Shown in pieces: positions 1 to 9,729 of a stretch of DNA of 64,000 bases (its first letter is position 1; every line of letters starts with the position of its first letter). Origin of the DNA: an uncultured delta proteobacterium (lineage in GTDB: Bacteria > Desulfobacterota > Binatia > UBA9968); assembly GCA_963745035.1 (NCBI GenBank), contig CAVUVW010000014.1:256001-320000 (forward strand), written 5' to 3'. The notes under the pieces were generated by a model. It saw only the letters and a program-made list of their open reading frames with translations, had not been told where the DNA came from and searched no databases. Made by a program: the position numbers and the translations under genes.

Positions 1-26
1 GAGCTGTAGAGGGTGATCTTTTTCAT
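1..26 (-). CDS. 5' end of a gene running off the window (MKKITLYS..., GST/glutaredoxin-like N-terminus)
   Basis: ATG at 26-24 on the minus strand, reading MKKITLYS; only 8 codons visible. Confidence 0.4.
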
Positions 27-415
27 CGTTGACCCGTTCCCTCGCTGCGGCCTCGATGCGAAACCGGCTACCGTTGATCAAAATCCAGGAACTGAATTCT
101 TTCTATCGCAGGGCGATTGGAGATGAAAGACCCTTGTCGAAGTTGTTGCCGCCGACAGCGCCGGCGTTTCGCCTTCTTCAAGCGAATTTAACAGAAAACG
201 GACGGTCGAGTCCCTCGTTTACGACGCGCGGTGTCAGCCTTGGCCGGAGGCGTCCGCGCCGAGGCACGTTCAGCCGCCGGAAGGCTTGAAGGCCGCGGCG
301 GATCCCGTTAGTCTTTCGGTGAATTGAATCCCATGCCCCGCTTGTGGAAACGGCTCCGCGGGAAGATCTGGTGGAGGTTGAGAATTCCTTTTGTGTCATG
401 GTGAGGAGTGCAGGC

Positions 416-2884
416 ATGCGTAAGTGGACCCTCGTCGGCGCCGCCATCGTGGTTGTCACGATCATCGTCGTGGCCGGCGTCGTGCTGAATATCAACTCGC
501 TCATCGCGCGCAACAAAGATTACCTGATCGGCCAAGCGGAGCAGGCGCTAAACCGCAAGCTCAAAGTGGGCGAGGTGGAGGCGACTTTTTGGAGCGGTAT
601 CGGCGTGCGCCTCAGCGATTTCGCCATGTCCGAAGACCCAGCCTTTGCCCCGGAAGATTTCGTTCGCGCCCGCGATCTGCAAGTCAATCTCAAGCTCTGG
701 CCGTTGTTGCGAAGAGAAGTCGAGATCAAGAGGCTCATCCTGCATGATCCCGTCATCCGCGTGATCCGGAGCCGGACGGGAGACTTCAATTTTTCGACGA
801 TCGGCAAGAAGCCTTCGGAAAAGCCGGGCGCGCGAGAAAAAAAGTCTGGAGCCAAAGAAAGTCCGGGAGCGTCGCCCGCGTTGCTGGTATCTTTGATCGA
901 TATTTCCGGCGGCGATCTCCGCTACATCGATCGCGCCGACGGCACCGATTTGCAGCTCCGTCAAATCGATCTCAAAGTCGAAGACCTCGACTTCAACCGG
1001 CCGTTTGACGTCAAGCTTGCCGCGGCGATTTACGCCGACAAGCAGAATTTCAATCTCAGCGGCACGATCGGGGCGCTGCGCTCGGACGGAGATTGGACGC
1101 AGATTCCTCTCAACGGCGAGCTGAATATCGATTCTCTCGATCTCACGCGCTTGAAGACGGCGTCGCCCAAGCTGCGCAACGCGCTGCCGCGGGAATTCGA
1201 TCTTTCGGGAATTTTTCGCGCAAAAAGCCTGCGCTTCAAGGGCACCCTCAAAGATTTTGCCCTGAACGGCGATCTCGAAGGCACTCAGGGCGCAATCCGC
1301 TTCGGTCAAGGCTTTCACAAGCCCGCCGGGGTGCCGCTGACGTTGACGGCGGACGCGCGCTATAGCGGCAATAGGATCGCGATCCGCAAAAGCGCGCTCA
1401 AGCTTCATACCTTGGAGCTCGCGAGCGCCGGAGAGATCAATCTCGGCGACGCCGCTGCCCTTAATCTATCGATCGATTCCAAACCGGCGGCGCTGGAGGG
1501 CTGGGACAAGCTCGTCCCCGCCGTGGAGCGTTATCATCTGAAAGGAACCATGGAGATTCAGGCGACCGTGCGCGGCGCGGTCGGCACAGGCGCGGCGCCG
1601 CAGATGCAAGGCACGGTGACTTTAACCAACGCCAGCGCCCAGCCGCCGGATTTTCCCAAGCCGATCGAGAATCTCGACACCATCATTAAATTCGCCGGCC
1701 AGCGCGCCGAGATCCGCGACATGACGCTGACCTTGGGCCGATCGCGCATCCAGCTTGCGGCCGCCATCGAAAAGTTCGCGCCGCTCACGTTAACCTACAA
1801 GATGGCGACGTCGGAAATCTGGCCGGCGGACTACACCGCCGCGCTCAGCGAAGCGCGCAAGACCGATGTCATCCGCGACCTGCGGAGCGAAGGGCGATTC
1901 ACCGCGGCCGGCGCCAATATGGCGTACCAGGGAAAGCTCAGCTCCGCCGTGGGCTCGCTGTATAACGTCGGCTACAAGGACTTGGAGGCGTCGCTCACGC
2001 TGGCAGACAAAGTCGCCAATATCGAGCGCCTGCGCGTCAACGCATTGAGCGGTCAGATCCAGGCGCAGGGTCAATATGCGTTCAAAAATCCGACGCCAAG
2101 CTTCTCGGCCGCCACAAAGCTTCAGGGGATCGACGTGAAAGAGCTTTACAGCGCGCTTGACGCCAAGGCGGAGCGCGATATCCACGGCCGCATGAATGCG
2201 AATATGAAGCTCTCGGGCAGCGGCAAAACCTGGGAGGAGATCAAGCCCGCTCTGCGCGGCCAAGGCGACGCCGAGATCATTCAAGGCGTCATCTATAACT
2301 TCAACATTGCCGAAAACGCGCTCACCGGCATCACCGGCATTCCCGGCTTGACCAATCTCCTCAGCCCGTCGCTACGAAAAAAATATCCGGAAACCTTCAC
2401 CGCCAAAGACACCGAGTTCAAGGAGCTCAAGACCCAAGTCGACATCGCGGACGGCCGCATCAATCTGAAAAATATCCGCATGTCGGCCGCCGAGTTCGTC
2501 GTGGTCGGGAGCGGTTGGGCCGATTTCAACCGGCGCGTCGAAAGCCGCGCCACGCTGACTTTTTCGCAGCGGCTGTCCACCGATCTCGTCCACTCGGCGC
2601 GCGAGACCAAGTATTTGCTGAATAACCAGGGGCAGTTGGAAATGCCTTTTTCCGTCAGCGGTCAGATGCCCAACGTAAAAGCCCAACCCGATGCCAGTTA
2701 TCTCGGACAACTGGTGCAACGTAATTTCATGCGCCGCGGAGCCGAAGAGCTGCAAAACCGCTTGTTGGGACGGCCGGAGCGCGCCGACGAGAGCGCGATC
2801 GCGCCGGAAGATGAGAACAGAAAAAAGAAAAGGTCGACCGAAGATCGTATCCGCCGCGGCTTGGAAAATCTTTTCCGGCGTTGA
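416..2884 (+). CDS. AsmA family outer-membrane assembly / lipid-bridge protein
   Basis: N-terminal TM anchor (MRKWTLVGAAIVVV), AsmA N-term pattern (IGQAEQALNRKLKVG..., VNLKLWPLLRREVEIKRL), AsmA-like C-term (DTEFKELK..IADGRINL); GAGGAG upstream of ATG 416. Confidence 0.88.
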   Translation: MRKWTLVGAAIVVVTIIVVAGVVLNINSLIARNKDYLIGQAEQALNRKLKVGEVEATFWSGIGVRLSDFAMSEDPAFAPEDFVRARDLQVNLKLWPLLRREVEIKRLILHDPVIRVIRSRTGDFNFSTIGKKPSEKPGAREKKSGAKESPGASPALLVSLIDISGGDLRYIDRADGTDLQLRQIDLKVEDLDFNRPFDVKLAAAIYADKQNFNLSGTIGALRSDGDWTQIPLNGELNIDSLDLTRLKTASPKLRNALPREFDLSGIFRAKSLRFKGTLKDFALNGDLEGTQGAIRFGQGFHKPAGVPLTLTADARYSGNRIAIRKSALKLHTLELASAGEINLGDAAALNLSIDSKPAALEGWDKLVPAVERYHLKGTMEIQATVRGAVGTGAAPQMQGTVTLTNASAQPPDFPKPIENLDTIIKFAGQRAEIRDMTLTLGRSRIQLAAAIEKFAPLTLTYKMATSEIWPADYTAALSEARKTDVIRDLRSEGRFTAAGANMAYQGKLSSAVGSLYNVGYKDLEASLTLADKVANIERLRVNALSGQIQAQGQYAFKNPTPSFSAATKLQGIDVKELYSALDAKAERDIHGRMNANMKLSGSGKTWEEIKPALRGQGDAEIIQGVIYNFNIAENALTGITGIPGLTNLLSPSLRKKYPETFTAKDTEFKELKTQVDIADGRINLKNIRMSAAEFVVVGSGWADFNRRVESRATLTFSQRLSTDLVHSARETKYLLNNQGQLEMPFSVSGQMPNVKAQPDASYLGQLVQRNFMRRGAEELQNRLLGRPERADESAIAPEDENRKKKRSTEDRIRRGLENLFRR

Positions 2885-3160
2885 TTCATGATGCACCGCT
2901 GAGATTTTAGCGCATTTGTCCACGCTCGTCTCAGATCAACGAGCCCCACCATTATCAGCGCCGTCGCCGCATCCACTCCGATACTGCCACAGATTTGATA
3001 CGGGCCGACCACGAGGTGCTGTCGCGCATGCGAGACAGCGAATGAAGCGCGCCGAAACAATTCCAGACAGAAATGGCCGCTTCGCGGTGATTTTCGACGC
3101 GGAAGCGCATTTCGCTGCAGTAAAAATCGCTGTCTCGCCGCGACAAGTTGCAACGATTAC

Positions 3161-3175
3161 TGGCATGTATTTTGT
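3161..3175 (+). promoter_or_regulatory. Possible sigma-54 promoter (TGGCAT-N5-TTGT), with palindromic upstream sites at 3020-3037 and 3131-3145
   Basis: tggcatgtattttgt fits -24/-12 spacing with one mismatch at -12; TGTCGC-N6-GAGACA and TGTCTC-N3-GCGACA lie upstream. Confidence 0.3.
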
Positions 3176-3251
3176 GTCTCGACACAATCGCGCGTTCGCT
3201 CTCCGGCGCGTGAGATCGCTCGGCGTCTTCCGCGCCGGCGCCCACACCAAA

Positions 3252-4082
3252 ATGAAGCCGCTTTTCTTTGTTTCTTTTGCAACCATGGGACTGATGCTGC
3301 TTTATCCCCACGCGAGCAGCACGGCCGAGCCGGGGAAACATACGGCGACGCGCGTGGGCCGAGCGCCCGCAGCGCCGGCGCAGCAAGGAAGAATGGCGGC
3401 CACGCGCATGATGCTTCTCGAGCGCAAGAGGGCCTTGCGCGAGCAACTGCAGAAGTCGATGCCGCTTCATGAGGAAAAAATACGGAATCAGAACGACGAT
3501 TATGAAATGAAAAGAGAAATGTATGAGAAGAATTTGATTTCGAAAAATGATGTCGACCGCAGCGAGCAAGCTCTCGCGGGCGCGCAGCTCGATGCAGGAA
3601 AAATCCGCGAGTGGATCGCCGAGGACGACCGCGCCCTGGCGCTCACCGCCGAAGCCGCCGAGGAATCGAAGGGACTACGGCAGGGGCCGAAAGCGGATTT
3701 GGCGAGAGCCGCGCTCATCCGCTTCGATGGGGCATCGAGCTGGTCCATACACGCCTTCGAGAAGATCGAAAGCTTTTTTCGCCGCCAGTTTGGCAAGCCG
3801 CCGCCGGTCAGTGCCATGGGTCAATCGGACACGCACGATCGCTTGGGCCTCGATCACCGTGACGCCGTCGACATCGCGGTGCGCCCGGACAGCGCGGAAG
3901 GGCGCGCATTGATGGCGTATTTACGACGGGCAGGAATCCCGTTCACCGCTTTTCGCGGCAGGCTGTCGAGCATATCCACCGGCGCGCATATCCACGTCGG
4001 CCGGCCTTCACCGCGCCTGCTCGAGGTGAAGCAGCAGCGGGAATCCGCGCAGGAGAGAAACGAGAACGGAGAGCACGGTTAG
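3252..4082 (+). CDS. Secreted coiled-coil protein with C-terminal peptidase M15/DD-peptidase-like Zn motif
   Basis: Signal peptide MKPLFFVSF..., heptad-rich middle, C-term HDRLGLDHRDAVD...GAHIHVG. Confidence 0.6.
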   Translation: MKPLFFVSFATMGLMLLYPHASSTAEPGKHTATRVGRAPAAPAQQGRMAATRMMLLERKRALREQLQKSMPLHEEKIRNQNDDYEMKREMYEKNLISKNDVDRSEQALAGAQLDAGKIREWIAEDDRALALTAEAAEESKGLRQGPKADLARAALIRFDGASSWSIHAFEKIESFFRRQFGKPPPVSAMGQSDTHDRLGLDHRDAVDIAVRPDSAEGRALMAYLRRAGIPFTAFRGRLSSISTGAHIHVGRPSPRLLEVKQQRESAQERNENGEHG

Positions 4083-4152
4083 CTGCGCGCGACCGTCGCG
4101 CCGCCCTTGATCTCGCCGCGCATATTTAAGCGCAGACCTTCCCGGCGAAGCG

Positions 4153-4653
4153 TCACAGCGCCTTGTAAGCCAGCCGTTTCATTTTCTGGGTATTTTTGCC
4201 TTCAATGCGCAGCAGTCCTGTGGCGGCGACTCTTTTGGGCGAGTGCACGTCGCCTTCGTTATAGATGTGCGCCATGCCGGGTTTCAGAGTGTAGACTTTG
4301 GCGCGGCGCACTTTCCCCGGATTTGCTTCGGCAGCCGGCTGGACGATTTCCCAGTCGCTCATCTCGGTCTCGCCGAATGCCTGGCCGTAGATCGCCCAGG
4401 AGGCGCCGTGATCGTGCGGATTGGCTTCCCGGGCATCGCGGTTGACGTGGGCGCAGACACAAAAGCCCAGTTCGGGGTCTTCATAGATCACTTGGCGGTC
4501 GGGAGTATTGTCGTTGACGTAGGCGTTGATAAACTTCTCGTCCTTGAGCGCCTCCTCGACCAAGGCGCGCACTTTTTCGCGGCCGGCGCGACTCGGGTCG
4601 TGCCGGAGAATATCGCGAACGTCCGAAGCGAAAGTATCGAGCGTAAAATTCAT
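4153..4653 (-). CDS. Cysteine-dioxygenase-like cupin protein
   Basis: Cupin motifs PHDHGASWAIYG and GDVHSP. Confidence 0.75.
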   Translation of the reverse strand: MNFTLDTFASDVRDILRHDPSRAGREKVRALVEEALKDEKFINAYVNDNTPDRQVIYEDPELGFCVCAHVNRDAREANPHDHGASWAIYGQAFGETEMSDWEIVQPAAEANPGKVRRAKVYTLKPGMAHIYNEGDVHSPKRVAATGLLRIEGKNTQKMKRLAYKAL

Positions 4654-4703
4654 AAGTTCCTCCGTGCCGCTGCCAATAGATTTGAACTATGCAATGTGAT
4701 CGG

Positions 4704-5342
4704 CTATTTCGCCGGCCATAGCGCGGCGACCTCCGCAGCAGTGGCGATGTCGAAGTGAGTCTGCTCCATCAACTTTAGAGCCAGCTCGTGCAATTCGCGG
4801 CTGCGCGAGCCGACGCAGTCGCGCAGCACGACGACGTCGTAGCCGAGATTGCGCGCGCTCCGGGCGGTGCCCTCGACCCCGCCTTCAGTGGCGACGCCGC
4901 CGATGAGGATCGTACGCACGCCGTTGCTGCGCAGCATGAGATCGAAGTCGGTGCCGACAAAGCCGTCGGGACGGCGCTTTTGAAACACGATGTCCTGCGC
5001 TTGGGGCTCAAGCTCCGCGACGATCTCGCGGCCGTGAGGATCTTCTTTTTCGGCGAGCAAGGCGCTCGGATTCGCCGCCTTGGCCCGCTTCATGCGCACG
5101 CGCACCCAGACGCCGGCTTCTTCTTTGCGTAAATCGAAAGCGGTTTGCACGGAATAGAAAACCGGCACGCCGCCGGCGCGGGCGCGCGCCGCCAGCATTT
5201 TCAAGTTGGCCAGGATGTCTTTGTAGTTGAAGGCGTTGGGCGCGATGGCGTTTTCCATGTCCCAGAGCAACAGGGCCGCATGTTTGGCGTCGGCCAGCTC
5301 GGCCAAATTTTCCGGAATGCGTTTGCCGTGAAATTCGAACAT
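4704..5342 (-). CDS. Isochorismatase/cysteine hydrolase family protein
   Basis: ALLLWDMEN, KRRPDGFVGTDFDLMLRSNGV, GVATEGGVEGTARSA motifs; start taken at MFEFHG. Confidence 0.88.
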   Translation of the reverse strand: MFEFHGKRIPENLAELADAKHAALLLWDMENAIAPNAFNYKDILANLKMLAARARAGGVPVFYSVQTAFDLRKEEAGVWVRVRMKRAKAANPSALLAEKEDPHGREIVAELEPQAQDIVFQKRRPDGFVGTDFDLMLRSNGVRTILIGGVATEGGVEGTARSARNLGYDVVVLRDCVGSRSRELHELALKLMEQTHFDIATAAEVAALWPAK

Positions 5343-5527
5343 GGGTTCACCCTCCGTCCACGCGCTCTGCCCGGAGCATACTCGCAGAAAAGCGCCAGCG
5401 TCAATGGGTCGTCCCGTCCGGCGCAGACGCACAGGTGCGGTGCATTTGTTCGCAGTGGGGTGCGTGATGATATTGACAACCGGACAAAAGCGGCGATGCT
5501 ACAGAAAAGCTTTGGACCGAGGTAAAC

Positions 5528-5691
5528 ATGGACAGCACGGTTACCGAAATCGCGCAGACGTTTATCGCATCTCGACGTTTCACGCCGGCTTCGGCATACA
5601 ATTCAATCAGTTTCTGATCAACGCCCACGACGGCGCGGCGGTGATCGAGAATCTGGCGCGCTTTCTCGAGAACTCTCGGCGGCGCCGATAG
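5528..5691 (+). pseudogene. Internally deleted remnant of an MBL-fold (FprA-like) hydrolase
   Basis: MDSTVTEIA-[frameshift]-DVYRISTFHAGFGIQFNQFLI resembles the MBL-fold N-terminus, joined directly to a C-terminal-like DGAAVIENLARFLE. Confidence 0.45.
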
Positions 5692-5710
5692 TATTCTCTG
5701 CGGATTCGCG

Positions 5711-6301
5711 ATGAAGCTGGTGGTTAAGAAGTACTCGGCGGATTGTTTGGACGATTGCGTGGCGCTTTTAGCCGACGCGTTCGCGACCAATCCGCTTCAT
5801 CTGTCGGCATTCGGACCCGAGCGCCTCGATCAGAATCGCGCGTTCTTTCGCATCGGCCTGCGGCGCATGTTCGTCGGCCAAAGCTTCATGGCGCTGCGCG
5901 ACGGCATGGTGTGCGGGTACGTGCATTTCAATCCGTCGCCCCATTGTCTCCCGGCGCCGGAAGAGGTCCCGACCGTGGTGGCGACGCTGCTCACCCCGTT
6001 GGGTGAGGCGGTGCCGCAGGTGATTCGCTGGTTCGCGCGCTGGTGCCGGCTCGACCCCGAAGATCCGCACCTGCACCTCGGGCCGATCGGCGTGGCGCCG
6101 GCGCTGCAGGGACATGGCATCGGCACCGCGTTGATGCAGCGCTACCTCGAACAGCTCGAACGGGAAAAAACCGCCGGCTATCTCGAAACCGATCGGCCCG
6201 AGAACGTCGAATTTTACAAAAAATTCGGCTTTGCCGTCCGCCGGGTCGAGGAACTGATCGGCACGACCACCTGGTACATGTGGCGCCCCGCGCAGCGCTA
6301 A
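5711..6301 (+). CDS. GNAT family N-acetyltransferase
   Basis: HLGPIGVAPALQGHGIGTALM acetyl-CoA motif A; YLETDRPENVEFYKKFGF. Confidence 0.92.
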   Translation: MKLVVKKYSADCLDDCVALLADAFATNPLHLSAFGPERLDQNRAFFRIGLRRMFVGQSFMALRDGMVCGYVHFNPSPHCLPAPEEVPTVVATLLTPLGEAVPQVIRWFARWCRLDPEDPHLHLGPIGVAPALQGHGIGTALMQRYLEQLEREKTAGYLETDRPENVEFYKKFGFAVRRVEELIGTTTWYMWRPAQR

Positions 6302-6335
6302 GCCTCGACCATCTCGCCGGAAGCGACACCGTCTT

Positions 6336-6776
6336 TCAATGCAGCGGATTCCCGCCGCTTTCGACGACCAAGACTTTGACCTGGAAGTCCAAAGTCTTGC
6401 CGGCGAGAGGGTGATTGAAGTCGAGCACGACGGTATCGTGCTTTACCTCGTGGACATGGATCAACAGATCTTCTCCCTGCGGCCCGCGGGCGCTGAGCGG
6501 CGTGCCCACTTGCGGGTCGCTTACCGGGAGATCGGTCTTGGGAACTTCTTTGAAGCCCTTCGGATCGACTTTCCCATAGCCATCCTCCGGTCGGACTCGA
6601 ATGGTTTTTTCCTCGTTGACGGCCATGTCCGCCATGCCCTTTTCTAGTCCCGCGATAATTTCGTGCTGTCCGTGCGTGTACGTGACCGGCTCCTTGCCTT
6701 TGTTCGATTGCAGCGTTTCGCCGCTCTCATCGGATACGGTGTATTCAAAATGGACCACAGATCCTTTGGCGATCAT
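6336..6776 (-). CDS. slyD: FKBP-type peptidyl-prolyl isomerase (SlyD-like, no His-rich tail)
   Basis: GLEKGMADMAVNEEKTIRVRPEDGYG and LDFNHPLAGKTLDF signatures. Confidence 0.9.
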   Translation of the reverse strand: MIAKGSVVHFEYTVSDESGETLQSNKGKEPVTYTHGQHEIIAGLEKGMADMAVNEEKTIRVRPEDGYGKVDPKGFKEVPKTDLPVSDPQVGTPLSARGPQGEDLLIHVHEVKHDTVVLDFNHPLAGKTLDFQVKVLVVESGGNPLH

Positions 6777-7017
6777 TTTATTTTCCTCCTATGATTCTTG
6801 ATTCGGAGAACAGGGACAAAGTCAGGCGAGGCGCAGCGCGCAGCGTTTTCTGCTTTCAGTGTATACCCGGAAAAATCCGACTCAACCGCCGGGCGCAATT
6901 TTTTTGAATTTCTGCAACATTCGTGGCGCGCTTCCGTGCGGCATTCTCGCCGGAGATTTGGTAACTCGACTGAAATGAGCGGAAGTGTGTAAGTGATGCG
7001 AGCGGCGCGGCTCAAAG

Positions 7018-7528
7018 TTACAGGAAGATGCTGATATTCTTCGCGCTCAACACCGCCTGGTCCAGGATGATCGTCCGCCGGGCGATCTTGAAGGCGTCTT
7101 CGACGCGGCGCAGCACGTCGCGGCGCGCGCCGACGAACATGTCCTGGTCGGCTTCCATGCGCGTGCGGTAAACGAGAAAATTCGAATGCGCTTCGATGTT
7201 GCGGCCGTCGTCTCTTTTGACGCGGACGTTGGTGATCAAATGGCGGGTGCGCGACGGCGGCATCTCGGCCCAGGCATTTTTCGCGTACACCCGCTCTACG
7301 CGGATGCGCAGGCTCTCTTTATCGTCGTCGAAGTAATAGCCTTCGCCGGGTTGGGCGAGCTCGTCGGACAAATTTTCCGGCCGTTCGAAGCGGGTTGTGC
7401 CGGATCGGCATCCAGTAGCGGACATCGTCGGTGAGCAATTCGAACCATTCGCGGAGTTTTCGCTCGTCCAATAATTCCGCTTCGCGATAATAAAAATCTT
7501 CGATGGCGCGGCGCAGCTCGTCAGCCAT
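7018..7528 (-). CDS. Aromatic ring-hydroxylating dioxygenase beta subunit (frameshift near 7395)
   Basis: FYYREAELLDERKLREW...YWMP in one frame continues as AWAEMPPSRTRHLITNV...KIARRTIILDQAVL in another. Confidence 0.88.
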
Positions 7529-8804
7529 TTTGCGCGTCCATGATCTCGCTCCAACGGTCCGCTTGCAGCACCCTTGCCCAGTGCATGTAGAAGCTCAGCT
7601 GATTGTTGTCGCTGAAGCGGCTCCTGATTTTTCCCGGAAGCTCGAGCTCGAGGGGCGGCTCGTTGCCGCTCATCCGGTAATTGGCGGGATAGCGTCGCCC
7701 GATCGAACTTTTCGCCGCGCCCGTCACTTGAATCCAATTGTCCATGTCGTCCTGCTCGAAAACGCCGCTTGGGCTGAAGCGGTATTGCGAAACGAAGCGC
7801 ATGGCGTCCTTGATCTCGGGAGAGGCAGCGTGGTCGACGATCGCCCAGCTCCAGATCTCCATCTTGTCCGGACCGCGCGGCTGCCAAACGCGAATCGTGC
7901 GCGTGAGCCAATGCACCGACAAGTTGGGAAACACGGTTCCGGCGGAAGGCGAGATCTGCCGCGCGCGCACGGCGCCAAGCCGGCGCTCGATTTCCTCAGC
8001 GTGCTCTTTCATGTAGACGACCAGGCGATCATCGGGCTGCGCGAACCACGGACCGCTATCGGGCGGCGTGAGCCACGAGACCAGGATATGGCCGTTGGCG
8101 CAGGCGATCTGGCAGCCTTTGTTCCATTGTCTCGTCTGGCTGGTTGTCGTATCGACGCCGAGCTCGCGCGCCGAGCCGTGGGTGGAAGTGATGTGATAGC
8201 CGTCGCCGCCGAAGTTTTCCGCCGCGGTTTTCCAGTTGGCGTCGAGCACCCAGCGGTGCGGTCCGCTCACTTCGGTGCCGCCCGTGCGGCGGTCGAGAAG
8301 AATGTCGAGATACCAGGCCATGTCGCCCAGGTAGTCGAGCAATCTCGGTGCGTCGGCATCAAAAGTTGCAAAGACCAAGCCTTTGTAGCTGTCGAGCTGC
8401 GCAGCCGGAATCAGTCCCCAGTTTTCCCGCTCAAGGCCCGGGAAGGCGTCGATCATCGGCACCAGCGCGAGCTTGCCGTCGGTGGTGTACGACCAGCCGT
8501 GGTAAGAACAGGTAAAAAGCTTGGTATTGCCGCGGTCGGCGCGACAGACGCGGTTGCCGCGATGGCGGCACATATTGAGCAGCGCGTGCAGCTTGCCGGC
8601 CATATCGCGGCACAAAATGACGGGCTCCTCGCCCATGTAGCGGGTGACGAAGTCGCCGGGATTGGGAATCTCGCACTCATGACCGAGGTAAAGCCAGCAG
8701 CGGGAAAAGAGCCGCTCGCGCTCGAGCTCGTATACCTCGCGGTCGGCAAAAATGCGGCGGTCGATGAGACCGGCTTCGGGATCGACGAGAGACTTGATGT
8801 TCAT
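7521..8804 (-). CDS. Rieske aromatic ring-hydroxylating dioxygenase alpha subunit (biphenyl/phenylpropionate-like)
   Basis: Rieske CRHRG...CSYHGW; mononuclear Fe ligands NWKTAAENFGGDGYHITSTH and EQDD. Confidence 0.95.
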   Translation of the reverse strand: MNIKSLVDPEAGLIDRRIFADREVYELERERLFSRCWLYLGHECEIPNPGDFVTRYMGEEPVILCRDMAGKLHALLNMCRHRGNRVCRADRGNTKLFTCSYHGWSYTTDGKLALVPMIDAFPGLERENWGLIPAAQLDSYKGLVFATFDADAPRLLDYLGDMAWYLDILLDRRTGGTEVSGPHRWVLDANWKTAAENFGGDGYHITSTHGSARELGVDTTTSQTRQWNKGCQIACANGHILVSWLTPPDSGPWFAQPDDRLVVYMKEHAEEIERRLGAVRARQISPSAGTVFPNLSVHWLTRTIRVWQPRGPDKMEIWSWAIVDHAASPEIKDAMRFVSQYRFSPSGVFEQDDMDNWIQVTGAAKSSIGRRYPANYRMSGNEPPLELELPGKIRSRFSDNNQLSFYMHWARVLQADRWSEIMDAQNG

Positions 8805-9143
8805 TGCGTCACACCCCTGTGCTCGATTGTCGCAATATACCGTCTTGTTGCGTCAAGCAAGCGCGACATTCGCTGGGGTCTAAGTATATCAAACTGTGAG
8901 ACGTACTCTATTTTCTTATCTTGCTTTCACGAAGAGCATCGGTTCGAGCGACGCCCGCTCTCGCCGCCAGAAATTCTCTCGCGCTGCGTTGTGGGTTCTC
9001 GCTCCCGCAGCGAGTGCTTGAGACCGGTCCGAATCAGGTGTAATAGTCCAAGACGATGTCTTGAAAGCGCGACAATCTTCGCAGCGCCGCTATCAGGATA
9101 ATTCCAAATCCATTCACGAATCACGAACGGAGGGTTACCGAGT

Positions 9144-9638
9144 ATGACTGCCGAGGCCGAGTACGCCGCGGTGCCGATCAACGTTATTGTCAACGGGATC
9201 CGGTGCGACGCCGCCGTCGAACCGCGCACACTGCTGGTTTATTTTCTGCGCGAGCAGCTTGGGCTCACCGGGACCCACGTCGGCTGCGACACGAGCCAAT
9301 GCGGCGCCTGCACCGTGCATTTGAACGGGCGCGCGGTGAAATCCTGCACGGTTCTGGCCGTTCAGGCCAACGGCGCCGAAGTGAAAACCATCGAAGGGCT
9401 GGCAAGCGGCGACAATTTTCATCCCGTGCAGGAAGGTTTTCGTGAAAAGCACGGCCTGCAATGCGGCTACTGCACGCCGGGGATGATCATGACGGCGGTG
9501 CATCTGCTGGAGACCAATCCCGATCCGAGCGAGGACGAGATCAAGCACGCCCTCGAAGGCAATCTCTGCCGCTGCACCGGTTACGTCAACATCGTCGAAT
9601 CGATCAAATGGGCCGCGGACAGAATGAGAAAAGGATAA
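9144..9638 (+). CDS. coxS: CoxS/CutS-like 2x[2Fe-2S] small subunit
   Basis: [12 protein letters not shown]; QCGYCTPG; GNLCRCTGY. Confidence 0.92.
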   Translation: MTAEAEYAAVPINVIVNGIRCDAAVEPRTLLVYFLREQLGLTGTHVGCDTSQCGACTVHLNGRAVKSCTVLAVQANGAEVKTIEGLASGDNFHPVQEGFREKHGLQCGYCTPGMIMTAVHLLETNPDPSEDEIKHALEGNLCRCTGYVNIVESIKWAADRMRKG

Positions 9639-9729
9639 CTTATGGTCGTAAGATTGGCTCTTACTAATCGTCCGAACTCACGCCTCAGGCCTCGAGCCTC
9701 GCGCCTTTCTCTCGCTACCGGAGACAAAA

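Noticed and set aside
4704-5342. Catalytic Cys replaced by Gly (ATEGGV) in the cysteine hydrolase
   Set aside because: Cys-less members such as YecD/isochorismatase types are already known, so this is not novel on its own
6800-6925. Possible MITE-like element upstream of slyD
   Set aside because: Looks repeat-like, but no second copy or clear terminal inverted repeats within the window
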